Positions 36,150 to 49,530 of a stretch of 64,000 nt of DNA are shown here, one piece after another. The stretch comes from Octopus vulgaris. Its lineage: Eukaryota. Location of the stretch: NCBI GenBank assembly GCA_951406725.2, contig OX597839.1, positions 21,886,001 through 21,950,000 on the forward strand, in the 5' to 3' direction. A program made the translations under genes and the position numbers. How positions within the stretch are numbered: position 1 is the stretch's first letter; the number at the start of each line of letters is the position of its first letter. The notes under the pieces are model-generated. The model searched no databases. It was not told where the DNA came from and was given only the letters and a program-made list of their open reading frames with translations.

Positions 36150-39100
36150 CTGCAAAAAAAGGGTAAAATGAGATTTAAAGACAAACGTTACAAGGACATT
36201 GAAAAAATTAAAGTTTTCTGAAGTTTTAATAGAAAATTTTTTAACATTGAACAGGGTTGTGTCCCACACCTCACGAAATTATAATTCATTTGTTTCAGTC
36301 ATCAGACTGTGGCCATGCTGGGACACTGCCTGAAGAATTATAGTTGAATGAATCGCCCCCTGTACCTACTGAATTGGTCTCTCTTGGCAAACCACTAAGA
36401 TACGAGGATGTAAACAAACCAACAGTCTCTGCCTACTAAATCCACTGACGCTCTGGTCGACCCGAGGCTGTTGAACTGGTACTTATTTTATTGACCCTGA
36501 AAGGTTGAAGGGCTAAGTCGACCTCAGCAGAATTTGAACTCAGATCATAAAGATGGATGAAATGCAGCTAAGCATTCTGCCTGGCATGTTAATGGTTCTG
36601 CCAGCAAAAGGCACCACCAGGCTGTGGGACTGAACCCAGAACCATGAGGTTGAGAAGCAAACTTCTTACCACACACCTGCGCCTAATTATAACTTCTTAT
36701 CACACACCTGCGCCTAATTATAACTAAGTTTCCCTCTAAAAATGTAATTACTCCTAATTAGCAATGATGCTTGCTGCATTGACTAGCTGAACAAGAATAC
36801 ATTCGTTATTTAATCCTCTAATTATTGGATATGCTTTTATTTATCTAATTATCGTGCTGATGAATTTATGAATTCAAGATTCATACGGAAACCTCAAACT
36901 CTCAGCCAAGATTCATCATCATCATCATCATCATCGTTTAGCGTCCGTTTTCCATGCTAGCATGGGTTGGACGGTTCAACTGCTGTCTGTGAAGCTGGAA
37001 GGCTTCATCAGGCCCAGTCAGATCTGGCAGTGTTTCTACGGCTGGATGCCCTTCCTAACGCCAACCACTCCGTGAGTGTGGTGGGTGCTTTTTACGTGCC
37101 ACCCGCACAGGTGCCAGACGGAGCTGGCAAACGGCCACGAACGGATGGTGCTGTAAAGATACCTTTACCGCCAGCAACAGCTAAATCACTCCTCCTCTTC
37201 CCCAACCCATCCCCCTTTATTAGGCAACCTATGGATGAAACCCTGACTATTCGAAAATATTTCATGGATGCCTTAATAGCTAAATTATACTACTAAAACA
37301 TTGCCCCCTTTTTGTCAGCCAATTTTAAAGATTATATTTGGTTTGCCCAAATACCATCTTTACTAAAGGAGGGTCACTAGAAATCTAGCCAGGTGAAAGG
37401 AAAACCTGCCCCCACCCCCACGCAAACTCAACCATCATCTAGCAATAATCAATGAGGATTTAGCCAGCTGAAACAATATGCAGTACCCATCCACCCTAGC
37501 ACTGTGTGGCACCTTGGGCAAGCGTCTCGCCTCAAGTCAACCAAAGCTTTAGAAATGGATCTGCTAGATGCAAACTGAAAGAAGCCAATCTGACAAGGGT
37601 GTGTGTGTGTGTGTGTGTATCTCACCACTGCTAGACAACTGGTGTTGGTGTGTTTACACCCCCACGACTTAGTAGTTCAGCAGAAGAGAATGATAGAATA
37701 AGTACCAGGAGTCAATTCACTCAACTAAAATTCCCCAAAGCAGTGCCCAGACTCATCACTGCTTTCCATGCTGGCATGGGTCGGACGGTTCACACGGAGC
37801 TGGCCAGACTCCAATTGCCTGGATGCCCTTCCTAACACCAACCATTTAACAGTGTGCTGGTTGCTTTTTATGTGGCACTCGCACCTGAAAGGACCAGCTC
37901 GTGAGAAGACAGCAATTTTGCTTAGCTTGACACGTCCTAAGTACAGCGAATTGCCACATTTCTCGGTTCCTTGAAACAAGTGAAAAAGGTTAACAGCAGA
38001 GTTGTGATCAGAACTCTGCCATATAATCATTAGGTAGTGTATTCCAAACAGAAATTCTACCCAGACACCTTAACTCTTCACTAATTTCCTCATCAAACTC
38101 ATCGCCAACTCTCAAGTCCTTCATCTATATTTAGCAAGTTTAGGGACCACCAGATTACACAACATGAAAATACCATGCATGTGTGGCCACTCCCACAGGC
38201 TGGCCTGCTAAGAGAGGGTCACTTGAAATCGAGGAGGAAAACCTGTCCAAGGAATGTGTGCTCTTCCTCCATACAGACTCAACCACAAATGGTGAGGGAG
38301 TGCCTAAGTTCACAGAGTAGACTTGTACTCTTTAGGTCAAACCAATCTAATTTTTGATCTGGAGCTATTTCTAACAGTTTCGGTGATTTCATGAAAGGTG
38401 TGCTGTGCAAGCCATATCGTTTATTATAGACGATACGGCTCATATCCTGTAGACCAGCTTGCATGAGTCAGACAAGGTATGTTGAGGCTTATTTTCTTCA
38501 GATGTCCTTCCTGTGACAAACTCTCACCCATTTCCTAGCAAGTGAATATTTTCTCCATGGTCAGACATACTTCCATAGAAGACGTGAAAAGAGAAACGCC
38601 ACTACTAAGATGGTGTCACTCATTGTTAGATCTATCATGTGATAAAATGGACATTTTTCAGTTTCCATCTACAAAATCCACTTGCCCAAAACAAAGTGGT
38701 TGTGAAGCAACCTTCTTAACCAGAGCCATCTTTAATATCTTAGATCTTATCCATGTAGATACTGCAAGCTAATACAGATGGTTCACACAATTGTATTCAA
38801 TTATTTTTTGTCATGATCCTGTAAAGCATTTAACCAGAAAGAGACCTTTATGCATCAGCTGCGGAAAAGAAAAAAAAATTGCAGATCATCGAACTGGGCT
38901 AAAATTTTGCAGCTAATTAACAAGCAATGACTATAGCTCCTGAATCGCAGAGAAAGAAATTCATCATAATCACAGATAATGTAACAAATATTCGTGATTC
39001 CAAACTAATTAAAATTAAATTAAGAACGATCCTCTTACTAGAATCAAGACACCAAATATATTTTTTGGTTATTGTTACTGGGAAACATTTCATCCAAAAG

Positions 39101-39639
39101 TGATGAGAGCGGTGCGTGCACACACACGATTCATCTGTTTATACTCACCTACTTAGTAACCTAATCACTTCCCTCATTATAAAATATGTCATTATAAAAT
39201 ATATATATATACACACACACACTGAATATTATATACTTCGGTAGATTGCAGAACATCTCAGATTACCGTTGTAATTTAATGAGAACGATACCAGATCCCG
39301 TATTAAATATCATAGACTTCCTCGAGATGATAATCCCTTATATCAACTCGGCTAATCTGAAATCTGGTTAAATTAATAATCGGGGCCTAAATTTCCAGTC
39401 TCATAAGTACAACATGAAAACCGGTCTTGAATGGCAGCCAACGAACGGAAAATTTTTTTGTTACAGATTTTTGTTTTTTTTGTTTAGAGGAGTGGTGTTT
39501 AAATGGGCGATAAAACAAAGATTTTATGTTTTATCCACTGCATATAGCGACAAGGACATTGAAACGGGTACCTCGACAAGCAATTTTAAGTGTTAAAATT
39601 GTTTAGCAAGGCTAAGTTCCAGATCAATCCTAAAAGACA

Positions 39640-39860
39640 GGACTTATGGGCGAGTGAGTGAAATGAGATAAAGGGACAACGTCTAAAAGGGACAAAGGAA
39701 GCCGGCTATAAACCAATGGAAAATGGGGTTATTAGGGGTCAGTGAAGAGGGACTTATGGGCGAGTGAGTGAAATGAGATGAAGTGACAACGTCTAAAAGG
39801 GACAAAGGAAGCCGGCTATAAACCAATGGAAAATGGGGTTATTTAGGGGTCTGTGAAGAG
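39640..39860. repeat. Tandem duplication, 2 x about 110 bp, in the NDPK intron
   Basis: GGACTTATGGGCGAGTGAGTGAAATGAGAT...GCCGGCTATAAACCAATGG...GTGAAGAG occurs twice. Confidence 0.9.
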
Positions 39861-40381
39861 GGGGAAAGGAGCAGCACACTCCTCTGCTAACGGAGTCGTC
39901 TACAAGGCTGTTTCTGCCAGCTAGAAATAGCAGTCGAACTGCTGTTTTAAAAATGAAAGGGCACATTGAATGTAAATCCCACATAAAACGATTATGACCA
40001 GAACATACACGATCATAGGGATGCAAGGGATAAGGAAAAAGATATTTAAAATTAAAATATAATTCTTTAAAAATTAGACGATATTTTCCCCGGACAACAT
40101 ATAGTGAGAGAGAAACTGACAATGCCCTCCCCATTTTGCGAGCGCACAAAGGGGAAAAGAAACTGTGAGCAGACACGAGATGAAATCGGGAATTTTCAAG
40201 AAATGAATTTTATGATAAAATCTTAGACATTACAAGGCATTTGGGTTTCAGTGTCGACTCCGGTATTTCAATGATGGGTTTTCTCATTGGTGTGGTGCAG
40301 ACAAAGACAAAAGTTGCACAAAGGCACGTTTCTGCATCACGTCCATAGAGTAAAAAAAAATATTAGAGGAAAACGCAACTG

Positions 40382-40802
40382 GGCGATCTTTCGTCTCTAG
40401 TAGACCTTTCCGTCGATTTCCGTAAAAAAATTTTTTTTTTTTTTAACATATGGGCTTGCGGGAACTTTTGAAGTAATATACATACATATATACATACACC
40501 GAGTAAAAAATTTCAGTTATCTCTTTCTTTCACACATTACTCTGTCTTTTCACACACACTAACAGAAGCACTTCACTAACACAACATACTGTCTCCCACA
40601 CCCCATCAAACACACACACACATGTACATCAATGCTTCACATGCACGGTAACTTCAAAAGAACTTCCCTCGTCATACAATCGCTTTCCCTTAGTCTTTTT
40701 CGCTCTCATTACTTCAAAAGTTCCCGCAAGCCCATATGTAAAAAAAAAAAAAATTTTCTTACGGAAATCGACGGAAAGGTCTACTAGAGACGAAAGATTG
40801 CC
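40382..40802. mobile_element. MITE family M1 (GGC-ended, about 105-bp TIRs) in the NDPK intron
   Basis: GGCGATCTTTCGTCTCTAGTAGACC ... GGTCTACTAGAGACGAAAGATTGCC. TSD is degenerate (CGCAACTG/GAAAACTG). A solo TIR lies at about 41011-41107. Confidence 0.85.
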
Positions 40803-41614
40803 GAAAACTGTCCAAAAATTAAAATATTAATGGTTCACATCACATTTGTAATTAAATTAACACTTCAGTATTTCATTAAGTGAAAAACATCCCTAACAAT
40901 TCACTCCCCGAAATTCAGTGAGAAAACAAAAATCTCAAAAGATGAAATAATTTACACATTCAGAATTTCAAAGATTATATTTGGAATTGAAATTACAAAT
41001 ACATGTTTTATACTTCAAAAGTTCCCGCAAGCCCAATATGTAAAAAAAAAAAAAAAAAAATTTTTACGGAAATCGACGGAAAGGTCTACTAGAATCGAAA
41101 GATCGCCTGTTTGTCGATTTTTTTTTTTTTTGATTAAAACATTTAATTTCTATCATTAATACAAAGACTGAATTAAATTGTCTTGATTTTTTTTATGTCA
41201 ATTACGACTTGAAATGCCGTTATAAAATAGCCTAAAACCATTGTATCTAAGCTTAGATTTCTTTTTTTTTTAAATAGTTGGCTTTTTTCTAAGTTTTGAC
41301 AAAAATCTAAAAAGATAATTCAAAATTCATTCTTCAATTTAGCTACAAGAGACATTGAGATTTTGATGAAAATGTGAATGACATGTCGACCTTCTCTTTG
41401 TCTCTCATCACATTTTATGCTTAGAAAATGTTATTAATAAAGATTAAAAAATGACGAAAGGTCAGCTGTTGGGAAAGTTTAATTGATCAATCAAAAAAAG
41501 AACATCTAATTAGTTCAGTTCAGGACTAAACAATTTGGATAAAAGAGACGATTTAAAAGGACTAGAAAACAGCGTAGTGAAGTGCTTAAATATTATGAAA
41601 TAGTTAAAACTAAC

Positions 41615-41661
41615 CCTCGTTGGACACCTTCTGGTTTGACAGCAATAAATGTGCGCTCCAT
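41615..41661 (-). CDS. NME: Nucleoside diphosphate kinase, exon 1 coding part
   Basis: ATG GAG CGC ACA TTT ATT GCT GTC AAA CCA GAA GGT GTC CAA CGA GG|GTTAGT = MERTFIAVKPEGVQRG. 47+403 nt = 450 nt = 149 aa + stop. Confidence 0.95.
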
Positions 41662-41740
41662 GACTGAAGTTCTTCAAAAGTGCTCAAGAATTGTTAATGA
41701 GGAGAGGACGAACAACGACTGCGGCAGCTGGAATGCAACT

Positions 41741-41782
41741 GGGAAAGAAAGGTCTGGAGGCAGCGACCGGCGCTTTTATATA
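41741..41782 (-). promoter_or_regulatory. NDPK core promoter: TATA box plus TCT/5'TOP-like initiator
   Basis: TATATAAAAG at 41782-41773 and CCTTTCTTTCCC at 41752-41741, about 30 nt downstream. Surrounding DNA is CpG-rich. Confidence 0.75.
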
Positions 41783-42703
41783 GCCGTGTCGCGATTACCT
41801 CCCTTTGAAAGTACCTGCTGAGAAGGGGGAGTAGTTGCGGGAGAAGGAAACGACTATATCAATGGAAGTAGGAGGAGGGGGAGGAGCCACGACGAATACG
41901 TGGACGGGAAAAGCGAGTGACGTTAAAACTCAGTTTTACCATAGAAACAAGAATAAATAATAATTTTCTTATTAAGCCAATCGATAGCAGAAGTGGTATA
42001 GTGACGTACAAGATGTGTCATGCGGATTTAAGTTTCGTAACTTTACGTTCCGTGTTCAAATCCCATCGGAGTCAACTTCATTTTCAATCTTTTTGGGGAT
42101 CGGTAATCTAATGCACCAGTCAAGTACCTATTTCTTTACTACCCACAAGGGGCTAAACACAGAGGGGACAAACAAGGACAGACATAGGCATTAAGTCGAT
42201 TACATCGACCCAGTGCGTAACTGGTACTTAATTTATCGACCACGAAAGGATGAAAGGCAAAGTCGACGTCGGCGGAATTTGAACTCACAACGTAACGCAC
42301 CAGTCAAGTACCGGGACGATTTAATAACATTCCAATAAAGTTTCCAAAATGTGAATGAAATTATAGTACTTATAGGATCTTTTCCTTTTGAAGCCAGTGC
42401 CTGTCCACTATAGGGAGCCGATTGCGATTTACATAGTTGAGAACTCAATGTTTCCACTAGATATATCTTTTTAGAATTCGTCTCTTCTCATGGCATTTCA
42501 CTATATCTTTATGAATGTGGTTACTTAATAGAAGTCAGAGACAGAAATTAGTCTCAATAAATAATATATTAAACATGGCTAAATGGTTAGAGCGTCGGTC
42601 TCACAATCATGAAGTAGGGAGTTTGATTCACGGACCGGGCTGCGTGTGTTCTTGAGCACGATACATTATTTTCACATTGTTCCAGTTCACTCAGCTGTAG
42701 AAA

Positions 42704-43183
42704 CTCCGACGTCTGGCTGCTGACTTGGCAGACACCCATAAAATTATCAACCATCGCACAAACAATAACTCTGAGCACCTTTTCAAACTCCACCCATCTA
42801 ACACCCGTGGACATATTTACAAAGTAAGAAAACAGCACAGCTCCCATGACTTCAGGAAACATTTTTTCACGCTGAGAGTTGCTGAAGCATGGAACAAACT
42901 GCCGGCATCGGTTGTTAGTTGTCGGAGCACTGCATCCTTCAAAACTTCCATGCTTCCTGAGTTGTAGTGCACCTGAGCACTGTACACAATTATTATTATT
43001 ATTCGCCAACACTACACTTGATCTTCTCCCCTCCATACACACACAAGCATGTATCTGACTCATACACTGTTCACTTTCCAGACATTTCTACATTACTGCA
43101 TGTACTTTATATGCACTTTCTGACAAGTTGTGGTGCACCTGAGCACTGTATACAATAATTTCATTATTATTATTATTATTATT
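42704..43183 (+). mobile_element. CR1/L2-group LINE 3' end with (ATT)n tail, inserted in a family C SINE
   Basis: LRRLAADLADTHKII...TRGHIYKV...FRKHFFTLRVAEAWNKLP. The SINE head at about 42580-42703 resumes at AAATGAG, about 43184. Confidence 0.8.
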
Positions 43184-45181
43184 AAATGAGTTACAACGCC
43201 ACTGGTGCCAGTTGGATAACATCGGTAGTGTGAAGAGGAGGAGGCCGGTAGGCAAGGGTGACGGCTGGTCTTCCAGAGGGGAACTTTCTAAGTGCTATCC
43301 CTTGGTCATTCATAACCGAAGGGGGTCTTTACCTTTTACTATAATATAATAAACAATTAAAACTGAGTTTGGGTGAAGCTGTTGTGAGAAAACGTCTTCA
43401 AGGCAGTGCCCCAGCATGGCCACAGTCTAATGACATACAAGTAAAAGAATAAACGGAAAAAGACCATAATATAGGCGCACGCAGGAGTGGCTGTGTGGTA
43501 AGTAGCTTGCTAACCAACCACATGGTTCCGGGTTCAGTCCCACTGCGTGGCATCTTGGGCAAGTGTCTTCTGCTATAGCCCCGGGCCGACCAATGCCTTG
43601 TGAGTGGATTTGGTAGACAGAAACTGAAAGAAGCCTGTCGTATATATGTATATATATATATATATATATGCGTGTGTGTGTTTGTGTGTCTGTGTTTGTA
43701 CCCCTAGCATTGCTTGACAACCGATGCTGGTGTGTTTACGTCCCTGTCACTTAGCGGTTCGGCAAAAGAAACCGATAGAATAAGTACTGGGCTTACAAAG
43801 AATAAGTCCCGGGGTCGAGTTGCTCGACTAAAGGCGGTGCTCCAGCATGGCCGCAGTCAAATGACTGAAACATGTAAAAGAGTAAAAGAGTAATAATGAA
43901 GTTCTGCAGGCATAACGATACTGGTAATTTTTTAGCCCCTGGTCAGTCCTGATTGTGCTGACCTATGATCAAAGATGTTCCCAACCATGACCATCTTGTG
44001 TTTTGGGGTATCAATAAGTGCATTGTCTCCATGTTTCTTTACATTTTCCTAAAGGCTAACTGGGTGTGATATGAGTGAGATTTGGTTGCTATTTCTAGCA
44101 GTCCATTTGAGCTCCTATGATGTTTGTCTCCAATATTTGTGTCAGTAAATTTGGACAGTGGTTCAAATACAACTGACCTTGTGAAATCAATAGTTTAACC
44201 TTGAGACTCTGGTTTATCTTGTATTTATTTTTTGTAGCAAATTATTGATCCATTGATAGGAATGAAGCAATGAGTTTTAAGAATGTTATTTTTTGTTCTT
44301 TAGCCCCAGGTCAGCTCTGACTAGCCAGGTCTGTGATCAAATATGTTTTCTGTGATCAAATATGTTTCAATGTAAATCAGCCGAAGAAGTCCTTCAGTTA
44401 TTTAAGATTCAAGAGATATTTGCCTGCTATTTCCAGCAGTTTTAGTGACTAGAAGCTCATTTCTTGTATGATGCTGGTCATCTCTGAACAAAATGACTTA
44501 TGATCAAAGTCATTCCAGTTGTGACCATCCCTCATTTTTGTAATATCAGGACTAAGAGTTTCCTGATGTTCTTTTGCTTAAATTGTGGAAGACATCATTT
44601 GAGGGAGGTTTGACTGCTATTTTCTGGTAGCTCATTGAGTGCATAGTGACTTCTTTATTGGCTCATATAGGTCAGCCTTCACAGAGCAAACTCATAATCA
44701 AAGGAGTCCCAGAAATGACCATCATCCTATCTTTTTGTATATGAAAAACTAGAATCTACTAATGGATTGCTTTATATATATATACTCTTTTACTCTTTTA
44801 CTTGTTTCAGTCATTTGACTGCGGCCATGCTGGAGCACCGCCTTTAGTCGAGCAACTCGACCCCGGGACTTATTCTTTGTAAGCCCAGTACTTATTCTAT
44901 CGGTCTCTTTTGCCGAACCGCTAAGTGACGGGGACATAAACACACCATAATAGGGGAACAAACACAGACATACAAACATACACGCACACACACATATATA
45001 TATATATATATACATATATACGACGGGCTTCTTTCAGTTTCCATCTACCAAATCTACTCACAAGGCTTTGGTCGGCCCGAGGCAATTGTAGAAGACACTT
45101 GCCCAAGGTGCCACGCAGTGGGACTGAACCCGGAACCATGTGGCTGGTAAGCAAGCTACTTACCACACAGCCACTCCTACG

Positions 45182-45230
<49 letters not shown>

Positions 45231-45463
45231 CATCATCATCATCATTTAACGTCCGTTTTCCGCGCTAGCACGGGTTATATATATATATATTCTCATCATT
45301 ATCATTGTCCTTGTCATCATCATCATCATTTAATGTCCATTTTCGATGCTGGCATGGGTTGGACAGTTTGACAGGAGCTGACCAGCCGAATGGCTGTTCA
45401 GGCTTCATGTCTGTTTTGGCATGGTTTCAATGGCTGGATGTCCTTTCTAAAAGCCTTTCCTTG

Positions 45464-45499
<36 letters not shown>

Positions 45500-45666
45500 A
45501 TGTGTGTGTGTGACTGTATGGTAAGAAGCTTGCTTACTGGCCACATAGTTCTGGGTTCAGTCCCACTGTGTGGCACCTTGGGCAATTGTCTTTTACTATA
45601 GCCTTGGGTCGACCAAAGCCTTGTTAGTGGATTTGGTAGAAAGAAACTGAACTGAAAGAAGCCCGT

Positions 45667-45698
<32 letters not shown>

Positions 45699-45854
45699 AA
45701 TATATATATACATATGTATGTATATGCATGTATGTATATATATATATATATATATATATAAATATATATATACATATGTATGTATATGCATGTATGTATA
45801 TATATATATATATATATATATAAATATATATATACATATGTATGTATATGCATG

Positions 45855-45905
<51 letters not shown>

Positions 45906-46222
45906 GTCAGTGTTTGTCCTACCATCATCGGTTTGGCAAAAGAGACTGATAGAACAAGTCCTAGGCGTACAGAGAATAAGCCCTGTGGTCAATTTGTTCA
46001 AGTAAAGGCGGTGCTCTAGCATGGCCGCAGCCAAATAACTGAAACAAATAAAAGAATAGTGGCAATTAAATTTTTCCTTTATGGTATAATATTGGGCGTA
46101 GCTGTTTATTTGAATTTTCTGTTTCGCATTAGCATTCCGCCAAATCATCCATAAATCTTTATGGTAAATGAATATATGCATTAGCAGATGGGATTAGCTG
46201 ACCATCAGCCACTTTGAGCTGT

Positions 46223-46271
46223 CACCACAGATGATGCCTAAGGGACAGGCAAAACTAGGCCTAGTCTGGTG
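46223..46271 (+). ncRNA. Hammerhead ribozyme relic (type I, palindromic stem III)
   Basis: CACCA-CAGAUGA-U-GCCU AAGGGAC AGGC-AAAA-CUAGGCCUAG-UC^-UGGUG. All three stems pair; the core has two substitutions (U4>A, G12>A). Confidence 0.55.
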
Positions 46272-46508
46272 GTCTTAGAGAGGGTCATGGGGAAGTTACC
46301 TCCCCTGTCATTATCTCTATACTCTTTTACTTGTTTCAGTCATTTGACTGCGGCCATGCTGGAGCACCGCCTTTAATCGAGCAAATCGACCCCAGGACTT
46401 ATTCTTTGTAAGCCCAGTACTTATTCTATCGGTCTCTTTTGCCGAACCGCTAAGTGACGGGGACGTAAACACACTAGCATCGGTTGTCAAGCAATGCTAG
46501 GGGGACAA

Positions 46509-46539
<31 letters not shown>

Positions 46540-46862
46540 CATACATATATACGACAGGCTTCTTTCAGTTTCCGTCTACCAAATCCACTCACAAGGCATT
46601 GGTCGGCCTGGGGCTATAGCAGAAGACATTCGCCCAAGATGCCACGCAGTGGGACTGAACCCGGAACCCTGTGATTGGTTAGCAACCTACTTACCACACA
46701 GCCACTCCTGCGCCTATATATATTATAGTCTGTATATATTATTTGCACACTTAACTCTTATGTCCAGCAACGTAGGTGCTTTGGCACCCTTAGTCTCACT
46801 TAGTGACAATTAAATTTTTCCCTTTATGGTGTCACAGTGCGCCTAGCTGTTTATATATATAT

Positions 46863-48100
46863 CAGGGATGTGCTGCCTGGGTAGGCAAGGTAGGCAGTGC
46901 CTACCTTGAATAAAGTAGATCGATAGCAACATTTTCCTTTGATGGCAAAATATGCACCTAATTCAATAAAATTATGAAGTTTAATCTGAATACGATGCAT
47001 AAAATGCAAAATATTTTATAATTTTTGTGTAGATTAGGTTGGCATAATCCGCCCCTGCCTTTCGACCTCAGTATTGAAGTTACACATAGGACTGCTGTAG
47101 TTTACATGCTGCATACACTCCTACAATATCCTGAACGCCTTACTTCCCTGGGCATGGACACATTGAAACTCTGACGTCTGGCAGCTGACTTGGCAGACAC
47201 CCATAAAATTATCAACCATCGTACAAACAATAACTCTGAGCACCTTTTCAAACTCCACCCGTCTAACACTCGTGGACATATTTACAAAGTCAGAAAACAG
47301 CACAGCTCCCATGACTTTAGGAAACATTTTTTCACGCTGAGAGTTGCTGAAGCATGGAACAAACTGCTGGCATCAGTTGTTGGTTGTCGGAGCACTGCAT
47401 CCTTCAAAACTTCCATGCTTCCTGAGTCCGTCTGTCTAACACCCGTGGACATATTTACAAAGTAAGAAAACAGCACAGCTCCCATGACTTCAGGAAACAT
47501 TTTTTCACGCTGAGAGTTGCTGAAGCATGGAACAAACTGCCGGCATCAGTTGTTGGTTGTCGGAGCACTGCATCCTTCAAAACTTCCATGCTTCCTGAGT
47601 CCGTCTGTCTAACACCCGTGGACATATTTACAAAGTAAGAAAACAGCACAGCTCCCATGACTTCAGGAAACATTTTTTCACGCTGAGAGTTGCTGAAGCA
47701 TGGAACAAACTGCCGGCATCAGTTGTTAGTTCTCGGAGCACTGCATCCTTCAAAACTTCCATGCTTCCTGAGATTTGCCAACACTACACTTGATTTTCTC
47801 CCCTCCATACACACACAAGCATGTATCTGACTCATACATTGTTCGCTTTCCAGACATTTCTACATTACTGCATGTACTTTATATGCACTTTCTGACAAGT
47901 TGTGGTGCACCTGAGCACTGTATACAATAATTTCATTATTATTATTTTTAATGTTGTTTTCTATACATGCTATAAAGGCAGAAGTACATCTGCCTTCAAC
48001 TCAGTCAAGCGCCCGTGTTTCCTTTATTTTTTGTGTGTTTTACTACATAAAGGTCACCAACTGCCTACCCTTAGTAATTACTGACTGCACACATGCCTTG
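46863..48100. mobile_element. Degenerate hAT-like non-autonomous element interrupted by a LINE
   Basis: CAGGGATGTGCTGC start and GCACACATGCCTTG end, with subterminal TGCCTACC motifs. Confidence 0.35.
47120..47945 (+). mobile_element. LINE 3' end (same family as 42704) with internal 3 x 173-bp tandem repeat
   Basis: YPERLTSLGMDTLKL*RLAADL... Repeat units start at 47261, 47434 and 47607. (ATT)n tail. Confidence 0.85.
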
Positions 48101-49189
48101 TATGCATGTATGTATGTATGTATGTGTGTGTGTATGCATGTATTTCTTTCTTTGAGATGTAGTTAACACAGACAAATTCACATTTGGAACTTGAGAAAAG
48201 TCTTGCATATTTTTACTGTTCCACTTACAAATTGTATTTGCAATATTCAAGCCAGTTGGTTGATTTCATTTCCTGTATGTATTTATGTATCAGGGACGTG
48301 CTGCCTAGGTACATGTATGTATGTATGTATGTATGTATCTATCTATCTGTCTATCTATCTATCTATCTATATCTATATATATATATATATATATGTGCAT
48401 GTATGTATATGTGTGTCCGTCCCTGACCATCTTATTTTCCTCTGAATGCCCCCTTTGCTTCCACTCTTCCCCTTTCATTCTGCCAGTGGCAGCCCCCACT
48501 GCTTATGCTCAACCCCCTACATACCTCTGACCTCATCCCTGGCACTGTGCATCTCTCTCACACTACCCACACTCAACACCAGCACAGCTGACCCATTCCT
48601 ATTTCCTCCACCTCCACTCATGTCCATCATTCACTGCATTCCCCTATATTCCCACCTCTATTCATCTGCATCTCTTCTTTCACAGACAATCCTATCAACC
48701 AACGCACCCTGTCCAGTCCTTGGGACCATTTTTCTAATGTCCACCTTTCTGTAACTTAAGGGTAGACTTTGACACCTCTGCACCATCTTCTCTCCTATTC
48801 CATCTGGGGTAGCCGTGAAGCTCCTCAACTGAAAGACACTTGTTTCTGTTCCTCTGTTATAATCTTATCACCTGACACACAAGACACACAAAGACACCTA
48901 TTACAATACTAAATCCCTACCCTCAGTTGAAGGGATCTGTCTTGCAACCTGGTGACCTCACTTTTGCTGGGGCCACATAAAAAAAACGCACCCAGTACAC
49001 TCTGTAAAGTGGTTGGCATTAGGAAAGACATCCAGCTGTAGAAACCGTGCCAGCATGGAACAGATGTTAAATGATGACGATGATGATGATGATGGTGATG
49101 ACAATGATGATGATGACGGTGATGACAATGATGATGATGATATATCTTTAGATAGATAGAAAGACGGAAAGTCAGGCAGACAGACCAAC

Positions 49190-49234
49190 AGACAGACAGA
49201 TAGATAGATAGATAGATAGATTGATAGATAGATT

Positions 49235-49281
<47 letters not shown>

Positions 49282-49324
49282 TGATAGATAGATAGATTGA
49301 TTGATAGATAGATAGACAGATAGG

Positions 49325-49361
<37 letters not shown>

Positions 49362-49448
49362 TGATAGATAGAAAGATAGATTGATTGATAGATAGATAGA
49401 CAGATAGGTAGATAGATAGATAGGTAGATAGATAGGTAGGTAGGTAGG

Positions 49449-49516
<68 letters not shown>

Positions 49517-49530
49517 CAGACTGGCAGATA
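49190..49530. repeat. (GATA)n microsatellite
   Basis: Long (TAGA)n tract with GACA/GATT/GGTA variants. Confidence 0.95.

Noticed and set aside
36150-36184. NDPK start MSLNLILPFFCR from the ORF track
   Set aside because: This is the intron polypyrimidine tract; the true N-terminus is exon 1 at 41615-41661.
36853-36900. Hammerhead CTGATGA...GAAACCTC in the NDPK intron
   Set aside because: A stem II hairpin is present but stem I does not pair; at best a heavily decayed relic.
39143-39150. Consensus donor AG|GTGAGT inside the NDPK intron
   Set aside because: No matching acceptor or in-frame coding sequence identified; expected by chance.
36150-41614. Intronic snoRNA, expected in TOP-type host genes
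   Set aside because: No properly spaced C/D box pair with a terminal stem was found by eye on the sense strand; an Infernal scan would be needed.
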